DNA from: a virus
Virus record (IMG/VR): IMGVR_UViG_3300024054_000008
Coordinates: 64,001-128,000 of that record
DNA: 64,000 nucleotides
Direction: 5' to 3' (one strand)
A program made the translations under genes and the position numbers. The notes beneath the pieces are model-generated. The model did no database searches. It was given only the letters and a program-made list of their open reading frames with translations, and was not told where the DNA came from. Each line of letters starts with the position of its first letter. Position 1 is the first letter of the stretch. Below are positions 1 to 9,082 of this stretch, in pieces.

Positions 1-883
1 AGGCTGAAGAATCTATAACAGAATTGAAATTTTTTCTGAGGATTTCGTCAGCAATTTCAAAATTTTCAGTCGATTCAATTTTGAAATTATCTAGTGGGTC
101 TATGTTCCTGAACCCAACTAATTCGTAATTAAGATCAATCCTTGGTCTCATGTTTATGATTAAATTTCTTTCACGTTTTGAACAGCCTGGAAAACCAGAT
201 GCGTACAACGCATCGATCGTCAAATTCTGACTTAAATTTGCAGCAATTAATCTTCTCAATCTTGGTACGCCAGGTATGTTGTCTGATGTATCACCAGTCA
301 ATGATTTAAATAATCTTATACAGTTTGGTCTAACTTTTACGTCTTTAAAACCTTCTTCATAGACACGTTCCGGATCATAAAACCAATTGTCAGAATTTGA
401 TTTAGGTCTAAATAAAATAACATTATCATTGACCAATTGATAAAAGTCTTTGTCAGAAGATATAATAATGTTCAATTTATCACAATTTTGTTTTACGAAG
501 CTACTAATAAGATCATCGGCTTCTTCATGAGGATGCCAAAATATGTCAACACCGAATAAACCAAATAAATGAACAATAGCGTCAAAATCACTTTTTGCTT
601 CAAAACCATCACTGAGTTCCACACTTAAATTCGAAAAGATTGGTTCACGCTCCCTGTTCTTATAACTTGGATCAAGACGCAAACGCATTTCTGGTTTTCC
701 ATCCAAGAACAAAAAAATTTTTCCACGGTTTGGAATTTTCCTAATCCAAGATGACAAAACATCAAATACACCAGTGACAAGCGGCCTGTTAGAATCAGAT
801 TTTACAAATGCATGAAAGATTCTATGAATAATGTTATTACCATCAATCAAAATATTAGATTCTATTGATTTACGTCCAAACAT
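1..883 (-). CDS. 5'-3' exonuclease / flap endonuclease (PolA N-terminal-like), partial, runs off window start
   Basis: Not in the ORF track because no stop lies in the window. Manual translation from ATG 883: MFGRKSIESNILIDGNNIIHRIFHAF...FLDGKPEMRLRLDPSYK...HEEADDLI...IISSDKDFYQL...LTGDTSDNIPGV. These are the LIDG, YK, EADD, SSDKD and GDxSDNIPGV motifs of the FEN/PolA 5' nuclease. Confidence 0.92.
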   Translation of the reverse strand, partial: MFGRKSIESNILIDGNNIIHRIFHAFVKSDSNRPLVTGVFDVLSSWIRKIPNRGKIFLFLDGKPEMRLRLDPSYKNREREPIFSNLSVELSDGFEAKSDFDAIVHLFGLFGVDIFWHPHEEADDLISSFVKQNCDKLNIIISSDKDFYQLVNDNVILFRPKSNSDNWFYDPERVYEEGFKDVKVRPNCIRLFKSLTGDTSDNIPGVPRLRRLIAANLSQNLTIDALYASGFPGCSKRERNLIINMRPRIDLNYELVGFRNIDPLDNFKIESTENFEIADEILRKNFNSVIDSSA

Positions 884-891
884 AATATATA

Positions 892-1515
892 TTACAATCT
901 AGACAAATAAGTTGCTGGAAAATCTATAACAATTTTTTTAGATCTTAATTCAACATAAACCTGGACTGTTTTATTATCATCCAACACTTCAATTACTTCA
1001 GCGTTCAAATTCCTATAATTTCCTTTTATAACTTTTACTATTTCACCAGGTTTAAAATCACCACGGTCTAATGACTCCATGTTTTTTCTCATGTGCGAGA
1101 GATCGGAGTCATCTAATAACGACACAACATATTTTTTCCTTCTTCCTTCGTAAACTGGCTTAGTCAAAATGGATTTGAAATAATTTGTGTCTTGTAATCT
1201 TGTATAAAACACATCTTCTTTATATAGAATAAATATATACCCATCCAAAAATGACAAAACAGAAAATTCATCCCTAACTTTCTGCGTGACAGCTGGTATG
1301 AACACATCTAATGATACGTCACCAAGTATTTGACGGGCTGATCTTGAAATCAGGTCTAATTTCTTTTCCTTCTCACCAATTAATGTTAATTCAACACACA
1401 CCCATTTTTTGTTTGTGCCATTATTTGTATCAGGTAATTTATTTGAATGATTTGAGACCTTCGAGTAACGAAGACGCGAATTCTTTTTCAGAGATCGGGA
1501 CATAGCGTGAATCAT
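892..1515 (-). CDS. nusG: NusG-family transcription factor (NGN + KOW)
   Basis: N-terminal WVCV...VFIP...GYIFI NGN-like segment. C-terminal KOW FKPGEIVKVIKGNYRNLNAEVIEV...VQVYV. True start may lie downstream of 1515. Confidence 0.8.
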   Translation of the reverse strand: MIHAMSRSLKKNSRLRYSKVSNHSNKLPDTNNGTNKKWVCVELTLIGEKEKKLDLISRSARQILGDVSLDVFIPAVTQKVRDEFSVLSFLDGYIFILYKEDVFYTRLQDTNYFKSILTKPVYEGRRKKYVVSLLDDSDLSHMRKNMESLDRGDFKPGEIVKVIKGNYRNLNAEVIEVLDDNKTVQVYVELRSKKIVIDFPATYLSRL

Positions 1516-2719
1516 TTTTCGATTGAAAAACTGGCTTGTCTTTTATAACAGACGCCGGTTTTTCAATTTTACCATCTAAAGTAGTTAGTTTCTCATCTGA
1601 CGAAAAAGAAACACCATCTACAGTTATAACTTTTTGTTTCTTGTCTAAAGAAACATTAACTTCAACTGGTTTAGTTACAACTTCAACAGTTGTTTTTTGA
1701 ACGAGATCGCGACTGACATTATGATATAATACAGCTTCTATATCATAAAGATTTGGATGATATATGGATGATAATTTTGAAGCAACGTTTGAAAAATAAT
1801 CATAATCAAATTTGTTACAAACAATCGGTAATGGAAAATTGTGTTTTATGCCAAAATTTTGTCTAACAGCACATACGATGGCTAAAACTAGTTTTTCTTT
1901 TATCCACGTTGGGCTTTCTGCATTAGATAATTCATCAAAATACTTTATCATATTTGGTTTATTAAAATTAAGATTTGAAATAATTTTTGTAACTAAATCA
2001 TAACTACCCATTCTAAAATGTTCCCAAACCAATTCTTTTGATAATTTTCCTGCACTTGATAATAATTCGATCGTATTCAAACAAACACGAGGGCACCTTT
2101 CAGTCATAACTGATATTGAATTTAAGGCCTCACTATCAAATTCTATGCGTTCTGATTTGCATATTCGTTCAAGAAACCCAAACAACAACTCATTAGATGG
2201 AGCTATAACAGGATATTCCTCCATCCTTGATCTAATAGCATCTTGAACATTATCTGGGTCTGTAGTACAAAATATGACAGTTATTCTTCTGTCTTCTATT
2301 GGCCTTAATAGGACATCTTGTGCCGCTTTAGAAAGACGATGAGCTTCATCAAGAATACAAACGCGTGGTTTTCCATCAATTGGAACAAATTCCAAATCTT
2401 TGACTATAAGCCTTATCTTTTCAGCAGTGCCGTGAACAGCAGCATCAAATTCATCAAAACTTGATGAAGTTTCATTCAATATAGACAAACAACTATCGCA
2501 TAGATTACACGGTTCACCGTCATTCAACGCATCACAATAAATAGCCCTTGACACTATCCTAGCTAGAGTTGTTTTACCGCAACCTTTTGACCCACCAAAT
2601 ATCATTGATTGATTAGTTAAAGTTTTTGCAATACTTCTTCTCTTTAACAATTTAATAACACCATCATTACCAATTACTTGGTCAAACCTAGTTGGCCTAT
2701 ATTTCAAATCAAGAGGCAT
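1439..2719 (-). CDS. dnaX: DNA polymerase III gamma/tau clamp-loader ATPase
   Basis: KYRPTRFDQVIG, Walker A GSKGCGKTT, Zn module C..PCNLCDSC, Walker B ILDEAH, DAIRSR arginine-finger region. Confidence 0.93.
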   Translation of the reverse strand: MPLDLKYRPTRFDQVIGNDGVIKLLKRRSIAKTLTNQSMIFGGSKGCGKTTLARIVSRAIYCDALNDGEPCNLCDSCLSILNETSSSFDEFDAAVHGTAEKIRLIVKDLEFVPIDGKPRVCILDEAHRLSKAAQDVLLRPIEDRRITVIFCTTDPDNVQDAIRSRMEEYPVIAPSNELLFGFLERICKSERIEFDSEALNSISVMTERCPRVCLNTIELLSSAGKLSKELVWEHFRMGSYDLVTKIISNLNFNKPNMIKYFDELSNAESPTWIKEKLVLAIVCAVRQNFGIKHNFPLPIVCNKFDYDYFSNVASKLSSIYHPNLYDIEAVLYHNVSRDLVQKTTVEVVTKPVEVNVSLDKKQKVITVDGVSFSSDEKLTTLDGKIEKPASVIKDKPVFQSKNDSRYVPISEKEFASSLLEGLKSFK

Positions 2720-3162
2720 TATTCATCTTTCTGAACAAAAACATCAGCAATTTTCACTAAATCATCAGTCCACTGCCCATGTCTCTCAGCTATTTCAATA
2801 AATTCTTGCACTTCTGGGGCTCTTATCTTCCATTTCATTTCACCTGATTTTTCATCTTCTTCACCCCAACATTTTTGCAAAAGATGGTCAACCAAAGCTG
2901 ATCTTTGTTTTGAGGATAAATCATTCCAAAAATCAAGAGCAACTTCTATCAAAAAATCTGAACTAAGTAAAAATTCATATTTCCCAGACAATTTTGCAAC
3001 ATTGCCTGGGATATTTACACCCCCACGCTTTGTTGATTTACTTCTAAATACATATTTTATTCTAGCTGATGCTAAATGTGTATGATATTTTGGTATTAAC
3101 TTTTGTGCTATTGTTTCAACGGCTTCAGCATCACCAAAAAGCGTTTTTGAATTGTTCTCCAT
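2719..3162 (-). CDS. Putative phage metallopeptidase-family protein, degenerate metal site
   Basis: Family-like pattern IKYVF...DFLIEVALDFW..LS..QR.ALVDH.L..C...W.I...V.EF.EI.ERHG. The usual HELxH reads HLLQK. Confidence 0.6.
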   Translation of the reverse strand: MENNSKTLFGDAEAVETIAQKLIPKYHTHLASARIKYVFRSKSTKRGGVNIPGNVAKLSGKYEFLLSSDFLIEVALDFWNDLSSKQRSALVDHLLQKCWGEEDEKSGEMKWKIRAPEVQEFIEIAERHGQWTDDLVKIADVFVQKDE

Positions 3163-3172
3163 TTCATTCCTT

Positions 3173-3961
3173 TCAGATACAAGACAACAAATGACTTTTA
3201 AATTTATCGTCTCCTATTTTTTTCCACAGGTCATTGACATCTTTTGAATCAAATCCAAGACGTTTATATTTAACATCTCTTATCTCGAAATCTCTATCCG
3301 AACATAACAATTTTTTGAACCCGGATCTGCCAGCACCATCTAAATCAAGACAAGAATAAACCAAATCAATAAAACGATCTAAAAATTTTTTCTGTTGTCT
3401 ATTTACTGAGTTAGTAGTAAGAGCCAACACGTTAGGCGTTATAAGACGTTCTATAGTCAATTGATCAACAGGCCCTTCAGTTATCCAAACTTCTTTTGAA
3501 GACCACACACTATGGATAGCAGAACTGGTGCCAAAAAAATACGCTTCAGGCCGTCTTGACACCATATAGGTGTCATATGATTTTTCGCGCAATGACCTAA
3601 CTTGAAAACCGATTGGGTTACCGGAATACGACGTAAGAGGAAAAACTATGCAATCTTTTATTCTATTTCCAACATTCTGTATTTTTCTGCCTTCAAAATT
3701 ATCGATTGTAGAGGACCATCTTATATATTTACATGTGTCACACTGTTTTGATTTTTCTTCATTATTACAGTCAAGACTGTGTGATTTATCGGATTTTGGA
3801 TCAGGGCTAAAATTACCAACAGTAAAACCGATACAATGACGAACAAATTGTTCGTTCGATACACCACGACTCAATAAATAGTTGGAAGCTTCGTCATTTG
3901 ATAAAAGACCAGCATTTGCCCATTCTAAGAAATTCATTAAAAACATTATGCATTGTCCCAA
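3173..3961 (-). CDS. DnaG-type primase catalytic core (TOPRIM)
   Basis: YLLSRG...IGF, IVFPL...IGFQVR, VWITEGPVDQL, LDLDGAG (DxD). No N-terminal CHC2 zinc-binding domain. Confidence 0.85.
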   Translation of the reverse strand: MGQCIMFLMNFLEWANAGLLSNDEASNYLLSRGVSNEQFVRHCIGFTVGNFSPDPKSDKSHSLDCNNEEKSKQCDTCKYIRWSSTIDNFEGRKIQNVGNRIKDCIVFPLTSYSGNPIGFQVRSLREKSYDTYMVSRRPEAYFFGTSSAIHSVWSSKEVWITEGPVDQLTIERLITPNVLALTTNSVNRQQKKFLDRFIDLVYSCLDLDGAGRSGFKKLLCSDRDFEIRDVKYKRLGFDSKDVNDLWKKIGDDKFKSHLLSCI

Positions 3962-4626
3962 AATGCGATACCGAGTTTTACATTATGAAGTAATATGGCA
4001 GACTTTCCGCCCAAAAATTGGGTGTACATACCAACAAAATCTGGTCTTGAAAGAAAAACCGGAGATTTCACATTACATTCAATAAGTCTGCAAGTTTTTC
4101 TGTAAAAAGTCCTGTAACTCACGTCATGTTTTGTATCACCTTCAAGTTCAATTGATATTGACTTTTGCGTTAAATTTTTCTTACCAAATTTATTAACATC
4201 AAAATCAAATGGTATCAAACAAACATGAGGTTGATTAATGAACCCGCTCGAATCTTTTATGTACGAAAATGCCAATTCTGGTTGGTTAAACACATTTCCA
4301 AAGTTTTCTTTAATTGACAAACAATAAGCTGCATCAAAAAGTTCATTTATAAGATCATCAATTCTATCCTGAGCATGATCAAACACACCAACCCGCACCA
4401 TTCCATTATCAAATATTGATGAGCTTACAATAAATTCACCTCTACTATTACTAATAATTGCTGGGAAAAACCACGGTTTTGCAGGATGTTCTAACATATA
4501 CGGAATTTTCGTATCACCCTTCGATCTATGAAGATCATGATCTAGAATTCTATTTAAGATTATCATCCCAAAGTCCATCAAGTCGAGGAACCGGCACAAC
4601 CACGTGTTTTTTATGTTTGGAACCAA
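3946..4626 (-). CDS. Hypothetical protein
   Basis: Long ORF co-oriented within the replication operon; no recognised motif. Confidence 0.6.
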   Translation of the reverse strand: MVPNIKNTWLCRFLDLMDFGMIILNRILDHDLHRSKGDTKIPYMLEHPAKPWFFPAIISNSRGEFIVSSSIFDNGMVRVGVFDHAQDRIDDLINELFDAAYCLSIKENFGNVFNQPELAFSYIKDSSGFINQPHVCLIPFDFDVNKFGKKNLTQKSISIELEGDTKHDVSYRTFYRKTCRLIECNVKSPVFLSRPDFVGMYTQFLGGKSAILLHNVKLGIAFWDNA

Positions 4627-5131
4627 AAATTAAATATTTCAAACGAACAAAAAACAAAATCATTTTTTCAAAAAATGAAAATTTATATAATGCTATTCGT
4701 TCATCAAGAACCCACTGCAACACGGCTACATCTTTATAATGCTCAGATACGTACTTGTCATTCGACACCAGATTTTGAAAATTTTTTAATGAATCACTAA
4801 GGACAACCTTTGGAGTAAAATATTTACACGAATACGACACAGAATCGTTGTCACATACGACATCACCATTCCAATCATTTGGGAATTTTGATCCGTATGT
4901 GCATATCCTAATAGATGAAGAATTGTTTATAACAATTAAAGTTTTGCTTATGCGTGGGGCCCTTTCAAATTCTTTCTGAATTGAGTTGTCGTGAGTATCA
5001 TTCTGATATTCATAATTGTATACACAGTTACTTGGTTTTTTTGATTGAGATAATTCAACATATTGTTTTGCATACGCAATACGAAGTTTTTTTAGACGTC
5101 TTCTAATCGTGTCTTCCGATTTCACATTCAC
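4550..5131 (-). CDS. Hypothetical protein, Cys-containing, hydrophobic segment near C-terminus
   Basis: 193 aa ORF abutting its neighbours; FSFFEKMILFFVRLKYLIF segment. Confidence 0.55.
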   Translation of the reverse strand: MNVKSEDTIRRRLKKLRIAYAKQYVELSQSKKPSNCVYNYEYQNDTHDNSIQKEFERAPRISKTLIVINNSSSIRICTYGSKFPNDWNGDVVCDNDSVSYSCKYFTPKVVLSDSLKNFQNLVSNDKYVSEHYKDVAVLQWVLDERIALYKFSFFEKMILFFVRLKYLIFGSKHKKHVVVPVPRLDGLWDDNLK

Positions 5132-5766
5132 CCCAATTCAGATGTATGAACCTTACTAAGTTTTAGACAACCATCTTTAGAACCCTTATACGCTGTATGC
5201 GCACGCTGTAAAAATTCATTATTATGAGTTACCATAAGTATATTTATGCCAGTTTGCTCAGAAAGTTTTTTCATAAAAGATGCTGCATTCGGAATATAAT
5301 GATTCGCAAGAGAAGCCATTGACTCATCAAGTAGCAACAAATTCCCCATACCAAGTCTCGTCATCATGGCTAAACGGAGTATATACGATATTACTACCGC
5401 CGGTCCGCCACCAAAAGAATCCAACGGGTCTCCTTCAGTGCCGTCGTCATTTAATGTGAATTTCATAGAAATTCTGTTGTATTTTGGTTCTTGTTCTATC
5501 TTAAAAGATAACCTTTGATCATGAACAACATGATCCAAACCCTGTGTCACTAATTCAGAAATCGAATCTATGTTTTGCTTTATTGAATCTTCCAACAATT
5601 TCTTAAATATCTCTGAACATCTCTGATTCAGATTAGCATTATAGTTCGAATCATGTATTACTTGTTCAGCCTCTATAGCTTGACTCTCAAGAAAAGATCT
5701 GTAAGATTTTAATTTATTGATGTTGTTAGTCATATTTTGTAATCTCGTCTGAATTATTGACTCCAT
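5128..5766 (-). CDS. Rad50/SbcC-like ABC ATPase, C-terminal half only
   Basis: Coiled coil, then signature SFGGG, Walker B LLLLDESMASL and H-loop MVTHN. No Walker A. Probable start ATG 5766 (MESIIQ) just after the clamp stop; track start is 5862. Confidence 0.88.
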   Translation of the reverse strand: MESIIQTRLQNMTNNINKLKSYRSFLESQAIEAEQVIHDSNYNANLNQRCSEIFKKLLEDSIKQNIDSISELVTQGLDHVVHDQRLSFKIEQEPKYNRISMKFTLNDDGTEGDPLDSFGGGPAVVISYILRLAMMTRLGMGNLLLLDESMASLANHYIPNAASFMKKLSEQTGINILMVTHNNEFLQRAHTAYKGSKDGCLKLSKVHTSELG

Positions 5767-5768
5767 TA

Positions 5769-6878
5769 TTACCTTTCTTTCATTTTTTGCATCATGTGTG
5801 TTATTTTCAGCGGACCACTTTCGTAATAGATCTGAAATAAATTGGCAGATTTCGGATGACAAGTTAATAAGTCGACATACTCAGACTCCAAATTTTCAAT
5901 TACAGTATTAAGCACCCTAGCTGGTAAATCTATCTTAAGACCATCACCAAGCAGAAAATTAACATCAATAGAAGCAAGATCATTCGTGCCTTGCATAAAT
6001 TTGCATGTGTTTGATTTACAATCTGCGAGAAGTGTTATTCTTTGTGTACCTTCTATTGCAGCATCAACCCAATTCAATGACTCAGACAATAATTTAGATT
6101 TTATACGTATTCTAATTTTAAATTCATCAACACCAAAAACTGACGGTGTTGGACGATTCAAACATTGGACTTTACTAAGTGTCAAAAATGAATTATTAGA
6201 TGAAAAATGTATGCGCGATCCATCGTCATGAATGAAAATGTTATTTTTTGTTCCAATTTTGGAACAAAAAGATTTAATGAGAGGGATATCGGAACTAACT
6301 ATTGATGTTTCGCTTGGAAAATTTTCTAATTCGACGACAGAAGCATAAAATCTAGCACTAGCAACCACATGGTTTTTAAAAAAATGGACTTGATTAAGTC
6401 TCATGTCTTCTTCTGACTTAGTCTCATCTATTTTAGCAGATGGAGACACGTGATTTATTATATCAATTAAAGCATTTGATTTTATTGGTTCAATGTTATC
6501 AGGAATATCAGGAATTTTAAACAAAGACAACTTATTGTTTACACGTTTTTTAATAGAAGCTCTCTTTTTATTAACATCGGATTTACCAGATATAGATATA
6601 GACTCATCATTAATTGATATAGACATCATATCAGATTCAGGTTCAAATAAAATTTTCTTCTCAAATGGTATGCTAAATTCATCAGACATATAACCGACTG
6701 ATGTACTTGAATCAACTGATGCAACTATGCTTGTTGACTTTCTTCTTTTATCAGCTGACGAAACTATCATAGAATTTTCACTAAATTTAATTCTAAAATC
6801 ATCATCTTCTGGTTTAACAGTTCTAATGATCGATAACGCTTTCTTAACATTTTGGACTTGAAAAATGTATGACGTCAT
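5769..6878 (-). CDS. dnaN: DNA polymerase III beta sliding clamp-like protein
   Basis: 369 aa, the typical beta-clamp length. Three repeated alpha/beta modules (IKSNALIDIINHV; RIKSKLLSESLNWV; LPARVLNTVIENL). Neighbours are clamp-loader genes. Sequence is divergent. Confidence 0.7.
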   Translation of the reverse strand: MTSYIFQVQNVKKALSIIRTVKPEDDDFRIKFSENSMIVSSADKRRKSTSIVASVDSSTSVGYMSDEFSIPFEKKILFEPESDMMSISINDESISISGKSDVNKKRASIKKRVNNKLSLFKIPDIPDNIEPIKSNALIDIINHVSPSAKIDETKSEEDMRLNQVHFFKNHVVASARFYASVVELENFPSETSIVSSDIPLIKSFCSKIGTKNNIFIHDDGSRIHFSSNNSFLTLSKVQCLNRPTPSVFGVDEFKIRIRIKSKLLSESLNWVDAAIEGTQRITLLADCKSNTCKFMQGTNDLASIDVNFLLGDGLKIDLPARVLNTVIENLESEYVDLLTCHPKSANLFQIYYESGPLKITHMMQKMKER

Positions 6879-7177
6879 TTATTACGCTCTATCAATTCTA
6901 CAATTGGTTTTAATATACTCTCTGCATGATCTAAATCAGCTGATATTAGTTGCATTTTAGTTGTTAATATTTCTTTAGATTTTCTTATATCATCAGGTAG
7001 ATTATCAGGATCAAACCCAGCTTTTGTGGCTTCGTCTATCATCTCTTTAAGTTCTCTTCTTCTGCTTGCAAGTTCAGCTTCTATTTTCATTTTATGTTCT
7101 TTACACAAAGTTATTCTTGACACAATGCTGTTAAATTCTGTTTCAATTTCTTCAAACGTCATGTTTTTATCCATCAT
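6875..7177 (-). CDS. Small coiled-coil protein
   Basis: Heptad-rich helices; operonic overlap with neighbours. Confidence 0.6.
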   Translation of the reverse strand: MMDKNMTFEEIETEFNSIVSRITLCKEHKMKIEAELASRRRELKEMIDEATKAGFDPDNLPDDIRKSKEILTTKMQLISADLDHAESILKPIVELIERNK

Positions 7178-8019
7178 ATCCTCTCCATGTCTAATGAGCT
7201 CTGCTTTGACTCAAACGACAAAAACTTTTTTCCATCATCACAAATTTTTTTATAATCGCACATTTCACAATTAAATGAAGTGGACGCTACAAACTTACCA
7301 GAGTTTATGTTTGAAATAGTGTTCATTGCTTTAGACAAAAGCGACCGCATCGAGTCAGCATCGTATTGAACCCATTGAATCGGATCATCATAGAATCTAT
7401 AGTACCAAAATCCAAGACGGGCGGGAGCTTTCTGATATTTTAGATAATGTTGGATAGCATACCAAACTAATTGATCAGTATCAGTATACTGTTCCCTATA
7501 CTTTGAACCTTTACCATCAATTATCCAAACTTGATCTTCAATATAATGAATAAAATCAGCTCTGCCACCAAGTTTAATTTTAGTATTATTATACGAATAA
7601 TCAACATTTAATTTGACTTCAGAATGGCTGTTCATCGATAATAATTTATGTTTTCTTATTACTGACATTGATTTTGGAACAAAACACAAAAGGTCAGATT
7701 TAATCTGATCTAGAAAAGACTGGTCAGACGAAACATCGAAACGTTTCTCAGAACATGCATAACCAATACATGTGTCGATCAAATTTAATACATAAACATC
7801 GCAATCTTCCCTTTTCCACAAATTTTCGTTATAAAATATTTCAAATATTCTGCCAATTGCTAAACCAAACAATGCGTTTCTTGGGTCTCTATCAATAATT
7901 GGTTTGCTAATATACGAAAACCAATATTTTTTTGGGCATGTATTATAACATTTAAAACTAGAATAACTAATGTAATTATTCATCCAAAACCCCGGCTTCA
8001 GCAGCTTCCAATATCTCAA
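7174..8019 (-). CDS. PD-(D/E)XK Cas4/RecB-like exonuclease
   Basis: SYSSF..Y.TCP..Y, G...H-like IGRIFE, GRADFI...IIDGKG, QL.WY, and C-terminal CEMCDYKKIC (Fe-S cluster-type cysteines). Confidence 0.85.
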   Translation of the reverse strand: MRYWKLLKPGFWMNNYISYSSFKCYNTCPKKYWFSYISKPIIDRDPRNALFGLAIGRIFEIFYNENLWKREDCDVYVLNLIDTCIGYACSEKRFDVSSDQSFLDQIKSDLLCFVPKSMSVIRKHKLLSMNSHSEVKLNVDYSYNNTKIKLGGRADFIHYIEDQVWIIDGKGSKYREQYTDTDQLVWYAIQHYLKYQKAPARLGFWYYRFYDDPIQWVQYDADSMRSLLSKAMNTISNINSGKFVASTSFNCEMCDYKKICDDGKKFLSFESKQSSLDMERI

Positions 8020-8974
8020 TAGCAGTCTGTTTTAGACTGGAGTCAAATTGACTCCAATCGAATTTATCAAACCAAGTTCTAGCAGTGATTGATTTTGACA
8101 ATTCAGCATTTTTTCTAAGGTTTTTAATAAAATCATCTAAGCTTTTTCGTTCTTCCTCTAATTTAGTCTTTTTCTCTAAATCAAAAATAACAGAAGCGTC
8201 AGCATGTGGAACAATATGCTCTTCTACCGAGACACCGCGAGAGTTGAAAATTAAAGAACAAATTTTTGGCTTTCTTTCAAGATTATCAAATGTTAAAGCT
8301 CCTCTTGAAATAGCACCAAGATTTACAAATTTAACACCGTGCAAATCCTGTATGCCTTGATCTTTATGATAATGCCCAAAAACATACACATCTGGGCAAC
8401 CATCAAAAACTAAATCACGGTAGTCAAAAATTGTTTCATTGAAAAATCTCTGTATACGCTCTTCTGGACTAAATGCAGCAAGTGCATGTATGAATGCAAC
8501 TGTATAAACGTCATCTTTCTGTTTCTTACAAATACTATTAATCTTTTCTACCGTAAGATCAGACGAATAAGAAATTCCAATAACTCTAACCTTAAGAGTC
8601 TTTGATGTTATGATTTCAGTGTTAAGACATCTAAAAATGTTGGTTTCAAAAAGAACACCTAGTGGTTGACGTGATATAGTTTCACAATCATTATATGTTA
8701 TATCATGATTACCTATAATTGAGTATACCGGGCAAGAATAATTACGATGAATTTGAGCAGATAAAGCTACGGTGGCGTGTGATGTTTTATTAGCTGCTTT
8801 TGTATGAAAGAAGTCGCCACCCCTAAGAAAAACATTGGCATTAAATTTTTTAGCAAATTCACCTTGCCATTCTAATTTTTTAAGAATCGAATCTCTATAA
8901 TTATCTTTCCTGAACCCGGGATTTTGATCACATAGATGCTCATCCGATGATGTGATAATTCTAATTTCAGACAT
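7976..8974 (-). CDS. Mre11/SbcD-type metallophosphoesterase nuclease
   Basis: SDEH, GGDFFH, IGNHD, FIH, GHYH motifs, and NLGAISR. Confidence 0.9.
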   Translation of the reverse strand: MSEIRIITSSDEHLCDQNPGFRKDNYRDSILKKLEWQGEFAKKFNANVFLRGGDFFHTKAANKTSHATVALSAQIHRNYSCPVYSIIGNHDITYNDCETISRQPLGVLFETNIFRCLNTEIITSKTLKVRVIGISYSSDLTVEKINSICKKQKDDVYTVAFIHALAAFSPEERIQRFFNETIFDYRDLVFDGCPDVYVFGHYHKDQGIQDLHGVKFVNLGAISRGALTFDNLERKPKICSLIFNSRGVSVEEHIVPHADASVIFDLEKKTKLEEERKSLDDFIKNLRKNAELSKSITARTWFDKFDWSQFDSSLKQTAIEILEAAEAGVLDE

Positions 8975-8984
8975 AAATCACCAA

Positions 8985-9010
8985 TCTTGTGTTGAAGATA
9001 CAACACAAGA
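8985..9010. promoter_or_regulatory. Perfect 10-bp hairpin 10 nt upstream of the Mre11-like start
   Basis: TCTTGTGTTG-aagata-CAACACAAGA; no U-tract on the minus strand. Confidence 0.55.
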
Positions 9011-9082
9011 GCTTATTCAAAAAAGAATTTCCGCTATAGAATTTATGTTCAGAAAACAGAAATTAATACGATTTGCTTAGAC

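Noticed and set aside
7174-8019. Cas4-like nuclease as a sign of a CRISPR-Cas locus
   Set aside because: No repeat-spacer array or other cas genes were seen in the window; solo Cas4/RecB-like nucleases are common in phage recombination clusters.
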